Shown: in pieces, positions 36,483 through 46,837 of the stretch
How positions within the stretch are numbered: position 1 is the stretch's first letter
How the letters are laid out: every line of letters begins with the position of its first letter
Origin: a virus
Lineage: Duplodnaviria; Caudoviricetes
DNA length: 64,000 nucleotides
IMG/VR virus record: IMGVR_UViG_3300025251_000012
Coordinates: 1 to 64,000 of that record
Direction: 5' to 3' (one strand)
Program-made: the position numbers and the translations under genes
The notes under the pieces: generated by a model
What the model was told of the DNA's origin: nothing
Seen by the model: only the letters and a program-made list of their open reading frames with translations
Database searches by the model: none

Positions 36483-37193
36483 GTGGGCTGGGGCTTTGGC
36501 AACGATTTTGATCCGGCTCCCAATGAGGCTCCGCCAGGTGCTTTCGATCCCGAACCGCTTCCTGGGGTTCCTGGGGTTCCCCCCGTCGTTCCCCAGCCAT
36601 ACGAATATGGGGGTGACGGCTCTGATGCGTCCCCAAATCAGGGTTTTGGGGACGATACCCCTAGTTTAACCCCAGGAGACCCAGATGCCGGTTTTGGCGA
36701 CGAAGCTGACAAGGCCCCACCAATCGTACTTGATATGGATGGGAAGGGTCTCGTTTTTTCAGATGAAGGCGGCGATATAGTCACTATAGCCGGGACATTA
36801 CCCATAAATTTGGCTAAGGCGGGCACCAATTTCAAGTTTGTTAGGTATAAGTTTAGAGTTGCGCACGTGGGCACAGGCGAGCTTTTTCCAAAGGTCGGTT
36901 TTTGCTACGCCGCTATTCAGGGAAACATAGACGTTTGCCCCGTTGTACAACTCGGTTTGGTGCAGTTTGCTTTACCCCCGTGCTATGTGGGCGATTATCA
37001 CATACACGTGTATACGTGCTACGTACCAGACACCGCTAATGCTCAATACGCGGTTACGCTTCCTTACGCCATAAATGTTGACAGACGGGTAAGAGATTTC
37101 CCAACATATCGGGTACGCAAAAGCCTTCCACCGAACTATTTAACCGGACCAATACGTGTAGATGACGAAGGTCTGTACCCGGCGGAGGCTTAA
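36483..37193 (+). CDS. Structural protein with an acidic Pro/Gly N-terminus (GFGD repeats)
   Basis: ORF coupled to its neighbours; GFGND, GFGDD, GFGDE. Confidence 0.55.
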   Translation: MGWGFGNDFDPAPNEAPPGAFDPEPLPGVPGVPPVVPQPYEYGGDGSDASPNQGFGDDTPSLTPGDPDAGFGDEADKAPPIVLDMDGKGLVFSDEGGDIVTIAGTLPINLAKAGTNFKFVRYKFRVAHVGTGELFPKVGFCYAAIQGNIDVCPVVQLGLVQFALPPCYVGDYHIHVYTCYVPDTANAQYAVTLPYAINVDRRVRDFPTYRVRKSLPPNYLTGPIRVDDEGLYPAEA

Positions 37194-40100
37194 TGTCGAA
37201 CTTAACAGGCGTAGAAGGCCACGCAACTTTAATATCTGGGCAAACCGCCACCATTTATCTGCGCGGAGGGTACTCTAGTGTTCGTTGGTCTAACGCCTAT
37301 CCGCCCAATCTAGCCGCAGTAGATACTTGGGGTACCCCGCTAATAACGCCTGGGAACTATACGTACAACATTACAGTAAAGGTTTTGGACGATAAGTTTC
37401 TTTTTAAAAATGACCCGCTTTCTGGGGACGGATACGAGGGCGGGTTTACCTTACACGAAGCGAACACATATGTATTTGATGTAAGCGACACTACCAATAG
37501 CGGCAACGTGTTAAAGTTTTCGGAAAAACCCCCCAGTTTCGGATGGAATGACCAGCTATATTCTCTGTACACCACTGGTGTTAGTTCCTCTGGAACACCA
37601 GGTAATCCTAGCGCCACAGTAACTATTACAGTTGCTTCAGATATGCCCACGCTATATCCGGTGTGTGGCAACCATTTTAATATGGGAGGTAATACCCGTT
37701 TTATTCGCGGGGCCGATGATGGTGCTCATTCCAGAAGCTTTTCCGCGCCATACGGGCGCACAACGTATTATTTCGCTGGCGTAGATAGTTCAGACAAATT
37801 ACAGGGTGGAATTTATGCCGTAACGGCGAGCACTAGAAAAGGTCTTAAAGATTATGTGCTCGAAAGCCACGATGGGACCGGCAATGTAACTAAAGGGCTG
37901 ATTTCGCCTTATTATGCGGCTTCTAATGGGGACGCAAGGCTTCTAAGCCCGTTAAACGGGAGTAACGTTGGCCTATGGTCTAGTGCTAAAGAGCATGTTT
38001 CTGAGTCAGTATCCCTAGGGTTTAAATTTCCGATGGGTGAAAATTCTTACACGAGTGCAAGCGCTTCTATAAATGGCTGGGTTTTACTTTCTGGGAACAT
38101 TACTCAAGATGCCGGAAACCCAATGCACTCACCCGCGAATAACGCCTATGCCGGGGGGATGTCCAATGTTCTAATATTTCCGTGGTGGACGCCGCAGAAA
38201 CCGGCGGGTTCAAGAACACAGCGTGCAGCGGTAAATAGCTACGGCGAAACATACGTTGATGGTGGGCTCTATTTTAGGCGCGAATCTTCCCCAGAGAGGG
38301 CGATTTTTACTTGGATTACTTATAGCCATCCCGCACATACGGCTTCTGATCATAGGCTACTTGAGTACCAGGCGGTCCTTTATCCTAATGGGCAACTTGA
38401 ATATAGGCATGAGGCTGTATCAGAATCTGGGTCACCAGCATCGGCGGACAGGTCTTCTGCCGCAAAGGGCGCACGCTTAGACACGACAAATACCACAACG
38501 TGGACAGACGGCAGTAGTGCCGAACATACCGGCGCTCCCGATATTGGTGAGTACTACGACTTCTTCTCTTCGGACGGGTTCCCTCAAGATGACGCGCCCG
38601 GAACAGCCCCAACAATTACTGCCACGGAGGCGTCGAATTGGTCTACAAACACAACCTATTTCGCTAGAGATGCTTCTGGTGGGAAAACGGTGATCATTCC
38701 TAATGATACTTTTAGTTTAGACGGTTTGCCCCATTCTGGAGTGTCCTCTGTGGATCCCATATTCACTAATTGGCTAGAAAACCCAGAAGAACAGTTCGAT
38801 GTTACTATTGAGGATCCTGCGCCTGGGGGGTCTAGATCTGCGTACACAGCATCGCCCGTAGGCGAGTTGAACGCTTTGTATAACCCAGATGGAAGCGCTC
38901 TCGGGACATTTAGAGCTAATTTAGTACTTATGTTTAATGGAGCCTCGCAAACAACTATAGATATAATTCGTGGGCGAACATATGTTTTTGACCAGAGCGC
39001 TAGTTCCAATAAAGGGTACCCGCTTGAATTTTCACATGGCCCTGATGGCACTAATAATAATTTCACTAAATTTTATTATCGTGTCACGTACTTTATTGAT
39101 GATGTAGAGGTCGCTTTTAGTAAGTACAAAACAGAGCTAAATCGGGGTACTAGTACTTCTGCAAGAGTTCGCCTAGCCGTATCGAGATTAGCCCTAGATA
39201 AATATAGTACTCCTAGCGAACTCTACCCATTTGTCGCTGATAAAGTTATGTGCGGCGACGGCACGAAGTTTTCTATAGCTGAGACCAGTCCGTTATTGCC
39301 GCTTTCTTCGGTAAGGCCCCTTTCTGTGATTTTTGTCGCAGACGAAAACTTTGACGGCGAACGGGTTACTGAAAATAGGTATTCACACAGGGAATGGTTT
39401 AATAAAACAATTGCTAAACCTATAAATGGTTTAAACTATTTTAATGTTTTTTATCACCAAGGCCTGATCCACCTTAGAGCACGGCACGAGGCCCACCATT
39501 GGAACTGGTCTACTAGTGCTATGACAACTACAAATGGTGTTTTAAGTGGAACCTCTGTTCCTTCAGGAAACAAGGCCGCTCATGTGATAACAACCGGCGG
39601 CCATTATACGTTTTATGCCCAAGCGGTAGATTACAATGGTGGTCCCGTTGGCGACACATATGTAGCCTCTATTGAAATAACTCCGGCAAGTTTTGTTGAT
39701 GATAGCGGTTGCCCGGAAGATCCGGTCTTTGATCTTGAAAGGCGTATTGGATCCCCAGCCACCGCAAATATTAAGGCTAGGCCTAAACATAGTTTAGACA
39801 CCAGTGTCGATACGAAGCCAATCATTGACGTTATATCACTAACGTTTGCCAGACCTTATAGGCTTACTGACGGCCTCGTTAATGTGGACCTTAGTAATGC
39901 TTCGGTGCATGTAATAATTTGGGCCTACGATATTACTTGGTGGTCATATTGGGTTGATGGCGATACCAACAACATAACGCACGTGCATAACTCCCCACAG
40001 GCAACATTTTTAATGCCCCGTACATCGTCCACAACAGAACTTCATGTGCTAAATGTTTGTGGCTATGATCGTTATGGTACTAAGGTAGCTGAAAATGTTA

Positions 40101-40435
40101 GAACTTTTGAGTTTAGGCCGGAGCCGATGCCAAATATGCTAGACCCAACATATCCTGTGTCGCTATCATTATCCCAACCTGTAGATCAGCGGGACAGGGA
40201 CTGGGCAGCGGCCACTAGCGCTAGTCACGCCCCTATAGTTACAAGAGCTTGGGATGATAGATCGCTTGGGAATTTTGAGGTATCTGTAGCCGATGCCCGT
40301 CTAGGCTGGATAAATTGGCCTAGGTTCAATAAAACCGAAACCGCGACAAACAGCGGTTCTACCGCCAGTACTTCCAGCCCCACCCCTTATGTTTCAAGTA
40401 GTTCTGGTACGGGCGGTTCTGATAGTGGATATTAA
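37193..40435 (+). CDS. Large tail fibre/adhesin: two cupredoxin-like modules and a NIDO-like domain
   Basis: YVFDVSDTTNSG.VL.FS...LYPVCGNHFNMGG; RGRTYVFDQSASSNKGYPLEFS; LGFKFP.....Y.......NGWV..S...LIFPWW...YQAVLYPNG. Confidence 0.55.
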   Translation: MSNLTGVEGHATLISGQTATIYLRGGYSSVRWSNAYPPNLAAVDTWGTPLITPGNYTYNITVKVLDDKFLFKNDPLSGDGYEGGFTLHEANTYVFDVSDTTNSGNVLKFSEKPPSFGWNDQLYSLYTTGVSSSGTPGNPSATVTITVASDMPTLYPVCGNHFNMGGNTRFIRGADDGAHSRSFSAPYGRTTYYFAGVDSSDKLQGGIYAVTASTRKGLKDYVLESHDGTGNVTKGLISPYYAASNGDARLLSPLNGSNVGLWSSAKEHVSESVSLGFKFPMGENSYTSASASINGWVLLSGNITQDAGNPMHSPANNAYAGGMSNVLIFPWWTPQKPAGSRTQRAAVNSYGETYVDGGLYFRRESSPERAIFTWITYSHPAHTASDHRLLEYQAVLYPNGQLEYRHEAVSESGSPASADRSSAAKGARLDTTNTTTWTDGSSAEHTGAPDIGEYYDFFSSDGFPQDDAPGTAPTITATEASNWSTNTTYFARDASGGKTVIIPNDTFSLDGLPHSGVSSVDPIFTNWLENPEEQFDVTIEDPAPGGSRSAYTASPVGELNALYNPDGSALGTFRANLVLMFNGASQTTIDIIRGRTYVFDQSASSNKGYPLEFSHGPDGTNNNFTKFYYRVTYFIDDVEVAFSKYKTELNRGTSTSARVRLAVSRLALDKYSTPSELYPFVADKVMCGDGTKFSIAETSPLLPLSSVRPLSVIFVADENFDGERVTENRYSHREWFNKTIAKPINGLNYFNVFYHQGLIHLRARHEAHHWNWSTSAMTTTNGVLSGTSVPSGNKAAHVITTGGHYTFYAQAVDYNGGPVGDTYVASIEITPASFVDDSGCPEDPVFDLERRIGSPATANIKARPKHSLDTSVDTKPIIDVISLTFARPYRLTDGLVNVDLSNASVHVIIWAYDITWWSYWVDGDTNNITHVHNSPQATFLMPRTSSTTELHVLNVCGYDRYGTKVAENVRTFEFRPEPMPNMLDPTYPVSLSLSQPVDQRDRDWAAATSASHAPIVTRAWDDRSLGNFEVSVADARLGWINWPRFNKTETATNSGSTASTSSPTPYVSSSSGTGGSDSGY

Positions 40436-40457
40436 GTATACTTAGGAGACTCCAATT

Positions 40458-41396
40458 ATGGCTGAATTTCATCAAAAAATACCGCTGCCCGACCACAACA
40501 GCGATGGTACCGTAGATGTTGGCGATCTCATGTTCGCTATTTACGAATCAATTACGCATAGCTCTCAGTCTACACTGCAATTTGCGGTACACGACAGCAA
40601 CACGGCAGTTTACGTTGACTCCACCGGAAACGGCACAGCCGACTCTTTTGCCACCCCTTCAAACGGCCTAGCCTTTGTTGCCGGTAATGGCACCCCGTAT
40701 ATGGTTATTGAACCTAAAGCGGAGTACCCGGGCGGTGGTAAGTGGCAGCTTAAATTGTCTAGGCAAAGCGGTGGCCTATTCTATGAACTAGACCAGGCAG
40801 GCACGTGGTCTAGTTCCAACGGTAACTTTAGCGGATCTGTGGCTACAACCGGCAATATTTCCCTGGTTACCGGAGGCGTAGCCGCCACTAATATTACTGG
40901 GACACACCTGTATTTCAGTTCTGGCACAGAAACTTATAACGTTAACAACTCCTATTCTTACCTACGCCTAATCTTGCGCAATGGGGCTAGTAATTCAGAT
41001 TGGGCGCTGTACTGCGGGGGTTACATCCCATTTTCGCCTACAGCAGACACAAAACCAGTTGTACTTTTAGCTGGCACCCCCCAGACAAGCAGCGGGTGGT
41101 CCGAGGCCGGTTCTGGCGGCTTAAATAGGACACACCAAAGCTATGCCCACACAGCAGCGCCCACAACGAAAGCCTACGTAGCCTCAATCACGTCTATCGT
41201 TGGCGGTAATGGGCACGACTACGGGAGTAATTACATAGCCCCAAGCGCTTATTTACTCACTACATCGGGCGAAACATTAGGCATTTTTGGGCCTACAACT
41301 TTTAGAGGGTTTGATTCTACGGTGCCAGATTGGACAGTAGATGCGTCTGGGGCCTACATAAAAGCTGGTGGCTGGTTGCATAGATTTGTCGGTTAA
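40458..41396 (+). CDS. Putative virion structural protein
   Basis: 312 aa Ser/Gly/Thr-rich ORF with AGGAG RBS, within the fibre cluster. Confidence 0.55.
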   Translation: MAEFHQKIPLPDHNSDGTVDVGDLMFAIYESITHSSQSTLQFAVHDSNTAVYVDSTGNGTADSFATPSNGLAFVAGNGTPYMVIEPKAEYPGGGKWQLKLSRQSGGLFYELDQAGTWSSSNGNFSGSVATTGNISLVTGGVAATNITGTHLYFSSGTETYNVNNSYSYLRLILRNGASNSDWALYCGGYIPFSPTADTKPVVLLAGTPQTSSGWSEAGSGGLNRTHQSYAHTAAPTTKAYVASITSIVGGNGHDYGSNYIAPSAYLLTTSGETLGIFGPTTFRGFDSTVPDWTVDASGAYIKAGGWLHRFVG

Positions 41397-41407
41397 GGAG
41401 TACTTGA

Positions 41408-42925
41408 GTGTCCGTTACAGTACTACTTCCAGATGATGGTCCCGCTTTCACAGGCCTTTCTGATGTTAGCTTGTCTGTACACATTACTAACACTAATGTG
41501 TTTGCCCCGGACGCTACGTTTGCACGACCGCGAATTCAGCCAAATTTTGTTTTAGCAGCATCTACGGGCGTGCGCGCAGTCACAGATTTTAAGAAGGCTG
41601 AATATCCGCAGGCACCTAGAGTAACAAGTGCAGAGTTTGAACTTTTAGCCTCTAAATTGGGGGCTAACCAAATAGTAATCGAGTTTGAAACGGGCGACAT
41701 TCCTTCCGAACCCTGGCGGTACCAAATATATAGCCGTGCTACAGGGGCTAGTCATGCGCATGTGATAGCGGTATCAATATTTTCTGAGACAAGGCTTGCT
41801 GTTGCCACAATTGAGGGGTCTTTAAGGAAAAATGTTGGCTATAGGCTTTTTGTGCTTATCCCATCTAGATTGTTGGCCGACGGCAGCATTTCAAATGCAA
41901 CTACCGTCGAGGAAATGCAAGTTTTAGAGACTGGTGGGGATAGTCCACTGGGCGCAGATATGGTGCCCTATACACCTAATAATCCAGAGGAAGCCGATTC
42001 TTTAAACATTATCAATTTTCCAACATCTAGTAAGGTAGCGAAGTATTTGGATACTTCTATGTACCCAAGCGTGGTGAAGGCCGGGGACGAGCTTTGGGCT
42101 AGTCATAATGAAAATAATTTAGCTGCCCGCACAGGGCTAATATATGAGCGGCCCTTTTTTGTTAATTCTAAAGACAGGCTATTTGATGACAATGTAGAAA
42201 TGCCACGCCAGTACGGGTCAAAACATAAAACCTCCGGCAGAAACCCAGATCACGGGTCTAAATTTGCGCGAGAAGATCTTGTTACTAAGTACCGCGATAA
42301 TGCTTCAAAAACGCGCTTTAGAAATGTCGCGGGTGCTAGGGAAGAAACGGCAGCAGAGGTTTTAGCCCGTGGCGGAGACAGGCCTAGACTACTAGACATT
42401 AATAAACCTGATCCAGAAGAAGAGGTCTACTTTCTTGTTGGGGCCTCCGGTGGCGACGTTGAGTTTCCAGCCTATAAGTCATTTCAAGCGGCGTTTATTT
42501 CTGGCGTAGAAATTATAGTTGAAGAGGCTGTAGAACTAGATGTATGTGGCGGCGAAAGTTTAAACAAAATACTACCCGCTTTATTAAGAGCTTTTGGGTC
42601 GAACTTAGCAGAACTGCGCGGAGAACCGGTCACTAGAACCCTTAATCAGATAACAGCATCGGCACAAGAAAAAGTGCCCAAAGGCTATTTGCTCGGTAAA
42701 ATCAGAGTTGAGACAACCTTAGCTTTTCCGAAAGACTTGCAGTTTGGCCCCTATAAAGTTTGGATTAATGGGTTTGAATTTGAGTATTCCCACGCAACTT
42801 CTGGGTGTAACGCCTATTTAGTGGATGTTGTTAGTAAAGACTATTTACAGGACAGCATCCCCGCAAATGCCCAGGTTGTTTTAGACGTGCCGTCGCTTCC
42901 TCCAGAGATCATAGGGTTAGGCTAA
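41408..42925 (+). CDS. Putative baseplate protein
   Basis: 505 aa, AGGAG RBS; C-terminal LLRAFGSNLAEL and IRVETTLAFP; coupled to the next gene. Confidence 0.5.
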   Translation: MSVTVLLPDDGPAFTGLSDVSLSVHITNTNVFAPDATFARPRIQPNFVLAASTGVRAVTDFKKAEYPQAPRVTSAEFELLASKLGANQIVIEFETGDIPSEPWRYQIYSRATGASHAHVIAVSIFSETRLAVATIEGSLRKNVGYRLFVLIPSRLLADGSISNATTVEEMQVLETGGDSPLGADMVPYTPNNPEEADSLNIINFPTSSKVAKYLDTSMYPSVVKAGDELWASHNENNLAARTGLIYERPFFVNSKDRLFDDNVEMPRQYGSKHKTSGRNPDHGSKFAREDLVTKYRDNASKTRFRNVAGAREETAAEVLARGGDRPRLLDINKPDPEEEVYFLVGASGGDVEFPAYKSFQAAFISGVEIIVEEAVELDVCGGESLNKILPALLRAFGSNLAELRGEPVTRTLNQITASAQEKVPKGYLLGKIRVETTLAFPKDLQFGPYKVWINGFEFEYSHATSGCNAYLVDVVSKDYLQDSIPANAQVVLDVPSLPPEIIGLG

Positions 42926-44451
42926 TGCTTACAGCGTTTTCAAAAACGGAAATGGCTTTTAGGGACACTCTTTTGATGAAGAGTGACGCGAAGTCTTTTG
43001 ATGCCCTGGCTGGGCAGTATGGCTTCCCAAGACCGCATTGGATTCCAGTTGAAAACTGGCGCAGAGCTTTACAGTGTGTGCTCCATGGGCCTAGGGGCAC
43101 TTTGCATACATTAAGAGCTTTTTTACACCATGCTTTAATGCCATGGACGATTCCGTACACTTGGACGGCCGGTGCGGCCGTCCAGCAGTGGCACGTAGAT
43201 CCGTTGTCCGGTAGTGTTGTAGCTAGGCCTGCAAAACAACCGTTTGTCTTTGCTTCGACTTATGTACCCGCCGGGTCTAAAACAGGCGTCCCGGTTATGA
43301 GTGAAATCGACCTGTCTTTTAGAGAAACTTGGCTAAGGCCTATTCAAGAGGCGTATGCGGAGAGCGTAGTCACAACTCCCGCAGTTTTTGATGATGATGG
43401 GAATCTTGTTTCTGGGGCCGAAGAGGTGCCCGGTGGCGAATGGACATTTAAGCCCTCTTTTGTAGACGCCAACGGCGACTGGATAGACCAAACTTTTATG
43501 GGGTATCCAAAGCACCCGTGGAAGTTTCATCATATAGCGAGCACTTCAAAGGCAAACACATTCGTAAGTTTGTTGGGGTTCGATACTGGGTATCATGCTG
43601 GAAGCCTAAAATTAATTACAGACGACCCAAACCCAACGGATAAAGTTTCCGCAGAGTACAAGGCCTTGTACACCATGAAGGATGAAGGGGAAGGCTTTAT
43701 CTCACCGTATGTGATTTCAGAGCGTAGCGGTGGGTTTGGTAACGTTGGTACAAGTTTGCTTACTAAAGAGCACTATGGCGGGGAAGCCGCCCACGTGCGC
43801 ATACACTTATTTTTACATGAAGTGCCCGTATTTGTTTTTGAAGAGGGCATGGGCACTTATCTTATTTGTGGGGTTCCGCAGTTTCAACCGCCCGCACCGT
43901 TGGGGCCGCAGCAGCCCGTAGACCCATTGGTCACGGGAGAGCAGGCAGCGGCAAACCCGCTGATGCAGTATCCGAGTGGTGGCGAACGTTTAGAAGGCCA
44001 ACCTTGGGGTGGGCACATGCAAATAAGTGAATTGCACCCGTTCGGCCCAGCATTGTTTTTTCCCGGTGGAATGGACAGATGGCCGCCCTATTTAACGGGT
44101 ACAGGTGATAACCCAGAAGCAAACAAATATGAGGCTGGGTTCAAAAATTCGCTTGAAGAAGCGATACAAAAACTGATTCCGGTTGGTATATCGTGGGAGA
44201 TTATTAAAGGTTGGGGTGATGGCCTGCCCTCATCCTATGCCCCAAACGCATCTACTGGCACAATTGTACGTAGCTTTCCGTGGCCAGCAAAGGGATACCC
44301 ATCAAACGCAAATTGGGAAAATGTCGGTGCGGGAGCGGCAGAAGGTTCCATTGGGTATATACCCCCGTTCATTATTAAACCCATACTTCCCCCTCCTGAC
44401 CCGGACCCGATCCCACCGCCCCCTGACCCAGACCCACTACCAGATATATAA
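42925..44451 (+). CDS. Baseplate wedge (P2 gpI-like N-terminus) with a PPPDPDP C-terminal repeat
   Basis: FDALAGQYGFPRP......WRRAL......PRGTLHTL..FL; terminal L..LIPVGISWEI. Confidence 0.6.
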   Translation: MLTAFSKTEMAFRDTLLMKSDAKSFDALAGQYGFPRPHWIPVENWRRALQCVLHGPRGTLHTLRAFLHHALMPWTIPYTWTAGAAVQQWHVDPLSGSVVARPAKQPFVFASTYVPAGSKTGVPVMSEIDLSFRETWLRPIQEAYAESVVTTPAVFDDDGNLVSGAEEVPGGEWTFKPSFVDANGDWIDQTFMGYPKHPWKFHHIASTSKANTFVSLLGFDTGYHAGSLKLITDDPNPTDKVSAEYKALYTMKDEGEGFISPYVISERSGGFGNVGTSLLTKEHYGGEAAHVRIHLFLHEVPVFVFEEGMGTYLICGVPQFQPPAPLGPQQPVDPLVTGEQAAANPLMQYPSGGERLEGQPWGGHMQISELHPFGPALFFPGGMDRWPPYLTGTGDNPEANKYEAGFKNSLEEAIQKLIPVGISWEIIKGWGDGLPSSYAPNASTGTIVRSFPWPAKGYPSNANWENVGAGAAEGSIGYIPPFIIKPILPPPDPDPIPPPPDPDPLPDI

Positions 44452-44463
44452 AGGAGCCTATAA

Positions 44464-46659
44464 GTGTCTTATAAACCTCTGTTTCCTATTGATAGTGACG
44501 AGGCCGAAGAACGGCCTACAGAGCTAACTATAGGTGACTTCTCCACTACAAGGTTTGTAAGTCTTCTTAAGAAGCTTGGTATTAAGGGCAGCATAAAAGT
44601 GGGTAAACCAGGGAAAATATCTGTGTACCCATTTAATCTAACGCCGCGACTTGGCCGCCTGTACCAAGAACAGAAAAAGAGTTTGAACTTTTGTGACCTA
44701 GTTAAGGCTGCTAACTTTGTGGCTCCACCAAAAGCGAACGCGGAAGCCGCTGCGGAAGCACCGGTTGGCACGGTTCATTATTGGAAAACAGGGCCGCATA
44801 AGAAAGTTGCGCCGGGGAAGTGGGTGCCAGTTACAGAAGAACACGCTAAAAAGTTAATGGAAACGAAGCAAAGACCTCCGCAAAGGGTTAACGACCCAGA
44901 CAAGGAATGGGGCAATGATCTCGATAAGAAAAATGATGATGGCACGGTCACGCTTTACCACCGGACTAGCGCTGAAGGAGCGCAGGGTATTACAGAAAGC
45001 GGTACGTTCTATTCAAAAGAATACGATGGTTCGGCGTATTTCTCTACACGTGATCATGGGGCGGCTTCCAGTTACGGCGACCACCTTATCGCGGTAGACA
45101 TTGATCCGGGTTACGTCCATTTAAATGATGAGTTTTCTGATGGGGAAGTGCATGTACGTGTAACCCCCGAAAACCACCAGAAGATGCGGAACTTGCAGGT
45201 TTTAGAGGGCGGTGCATTTGAGGACGTTGTAGAAGGGTTTGAGTACGCAGACAAGCTGGCGATGTGGGTAGAAGACCAGGGTATTGAAGACGCAGCCACT
45301 TTTGCCGCAGCAGATCTAGGGGGCACTGGCGCTAAGGATACTAACGAGGTCACGACGCACATAGAGAATAATACAAGTGGGCAAATAGACAGGGCCGGTG
45401 CAAGGGCTGAACTTTCCAAAACAGGCGACTGGCATTACCTCCATAAAGTTTCGGTAGACGCTGTAGACACAAAGACGCACGGGGACGTTGAGCCTAGTGG
45501 TGAAGAAGACCTTGATGTGCCGATTGTGATCAACGCCAAGGGCGAAGTTATTGATGGCCGTCACCGGGTAGAGTTAGCGCGAAAGCGGGGTATCAAAGAG
45601 TTACCAGCTTACATGCCAGCATCAAAGTACTGGGAAGATAACTTAGAGGTAGATGAACCCGACCGGGGCGTATTTTTCGGTGACGAAAAGAAGCCACCCC
45701 CCGAAGGGTGGACGATGGAGGACGGGCTTAAAAAGCTTTCTGAAACGCCGTCCGACGACTTCATGGAATCGGGTTATGGCACAGAACCGGCCGATTATTG
45801 GCTTCATATTGAAGACGCTATTGAAAACGTGTTCGATGGCGCAAAATTACCGGGTGGCTACAAAGCGCGGGATTATAATGTAACCCCGTTTCAAGTTAGC
45901 GAGGATGATTACACGTATCGTGGTGTAGGGTCTGAAAAATACACTCAGGGGGTTGAGGTAAGTGGCGATATAGATGTAGTTGACACTAAAACCGGGGTGA
46001 CACTAGATACGATTGGTACGTATCACCGCGAGTTCACAATTAATTCCGAAGGCGACTTGGAAGTGCACCATGGGTCGCTATTTCTTAATGCTCACGTCCA
46101 AGGCGAAGGAATCGGATCCGCCTTTATAGCTCATAGCCTCGAATCCTATGGCCCATTAGGAGTAAAGAAAATAACCATAGAGCCCGCAGAGGTTGGTGCT
46201 TATGTTTGGGCACGCCTCGGGTTTAGTTGGGGAAGCCCCGACAAAGCCGAGCGGAATCTTATCCCCTTTGTGGCCCGGGAAATTGCGGAAGAAGTTAATA
46301 GGGTGAACCGGGGCACAGAGGGGTATGTTGACATGACATACGACGAAGCTGTGAAGATAGCGAGGAAGCATAAAGAACCTCATGATCTAGCCAGACTTCA
46401 TGTTGGCGAGTTACACCTAGGGAAAGAGCTTCTGATGCACAATTCGCGCTTGTGGAAGAAAATGGGTGGTGCCGCAATGGATATCCCAAGTAAAGAACAT
46501 ACCCGCCTTACAGAACATTTGAGTAAAAAGACAGCGGGGCGGCTGCAAAAAGCGGGCAAAAAAGGCGGCAAAAAGAAACAGATCTCACTTGGCGAAGATA
46601 TGTTAAATGATGCAGATGCCTTTGGAGAGGCTATAAACCTGTCCAGAGAGGCGGAGTAG
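44464..46659 (+). CDS. Polyvalent protein: ADP-ribosyltransferase-like + ParB/Srx-like + GNAT acetyltransferase domains
   Basis: TLYHRTS...I.ESG.F....AYFST...A..YG..LI.VDI (ART-like); PIVIN.KGEVIDGRHRVELARKRGIKELPAY (ParB-like); QGEGIGS.......GVKKITI....VGAYVWARLGF (GNAT). Confidence 0.75.
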   Translation: MSYKPLFPIDSDEAEERPTELTIGDFSTTRFVSLLKKLGIKGSIKVGKPGKISVYPFNLTPRLGRLYQEQKKSLNFCDLVKAANFVAPPKANAEAAAEAPVGTVHYWKTGPHKKVAPGKWVPVTEEHAKKLMETKQRPPQRVNDPDKEWGNDLDKKNDDGTVTLYHRTSAEGAQGITESGTFYSKEYDGSAYFSTRDHGAASSYGDHLIAVDIDPGYVHLNDEFSDGEVHVRVTPENHQKMRNLQVLEGGAFEDVVEGFEYADKLAMWVEDQGIEDAATFAAADLGGTGAKDTNEVTTHIENNTSGQIDRAGARAELSKTGDWHYLHKVSVDAVDTKTHGDVEPSGEEDLDVPIVINAKGEVIDGRHRVELARKRGIKELPAYMPASKYWEDNLEVDEPDRGVFFGDEKKPPPEGWTMEDGLKKLSETPSDDFMESGYGTEPADYWLHIEDAIENVFDGAKLPGGYKARDYNVTPFQVSEDDYTYRGVGSEKYTQGVEVSGDIDVVDTKTGVTLDTIGTYHREFTINSEGDLEVHHGSLFLNAHVQGEGIGSAFIAHSLESYGPLGVKKITIEPAEVGAYVWARLGFSWGSPDKAERNLIPFVAREIAEEVNRVNRGTEGYVDMTYDEAVKIARKHKEPHDLARLHVGELHLGKELLMHNSRLWKKMGGAAMDIPSKEHTRLTEHLSKKTAGRLQKAGKKGGKKKQISLGEDMLNDADAFGEAINLSREAE

Positions 46660-46665
46660 GTGCAT

Positions 46666-46824
46666 ATGAGCGGTAACGATATCGGTCATCGTGACTGGCG
46701 AATGCGTCTGCGCGAACAAGAAAGAATGTATATAAACGCCGCAGTATATCATGGTGATAAATACTTTGTGCGGCTGCGGACCAAAAGGTATAGACGTGTA
46801 GCCAGTACTTCTGGCACATGCTGA
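46666..46824 (+). CDS. Small basic protein (52 aa, not in the ORF track)
   Basis: MSGNDIGHRDWRMRLREQERMYINAAVYHGDKYFVRLRTKRYRRVASTSGTC; fills the gap, with GGAGTAGGTG upstream. Confidence 0.5.
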   Translation: MSGNDIGHRDWRMRLREQERMYINAAVYHGDKYFVRLRTKRYRRVASTSGTC

Positions 46825-46837
46825 TTAGGAGGCTTTC

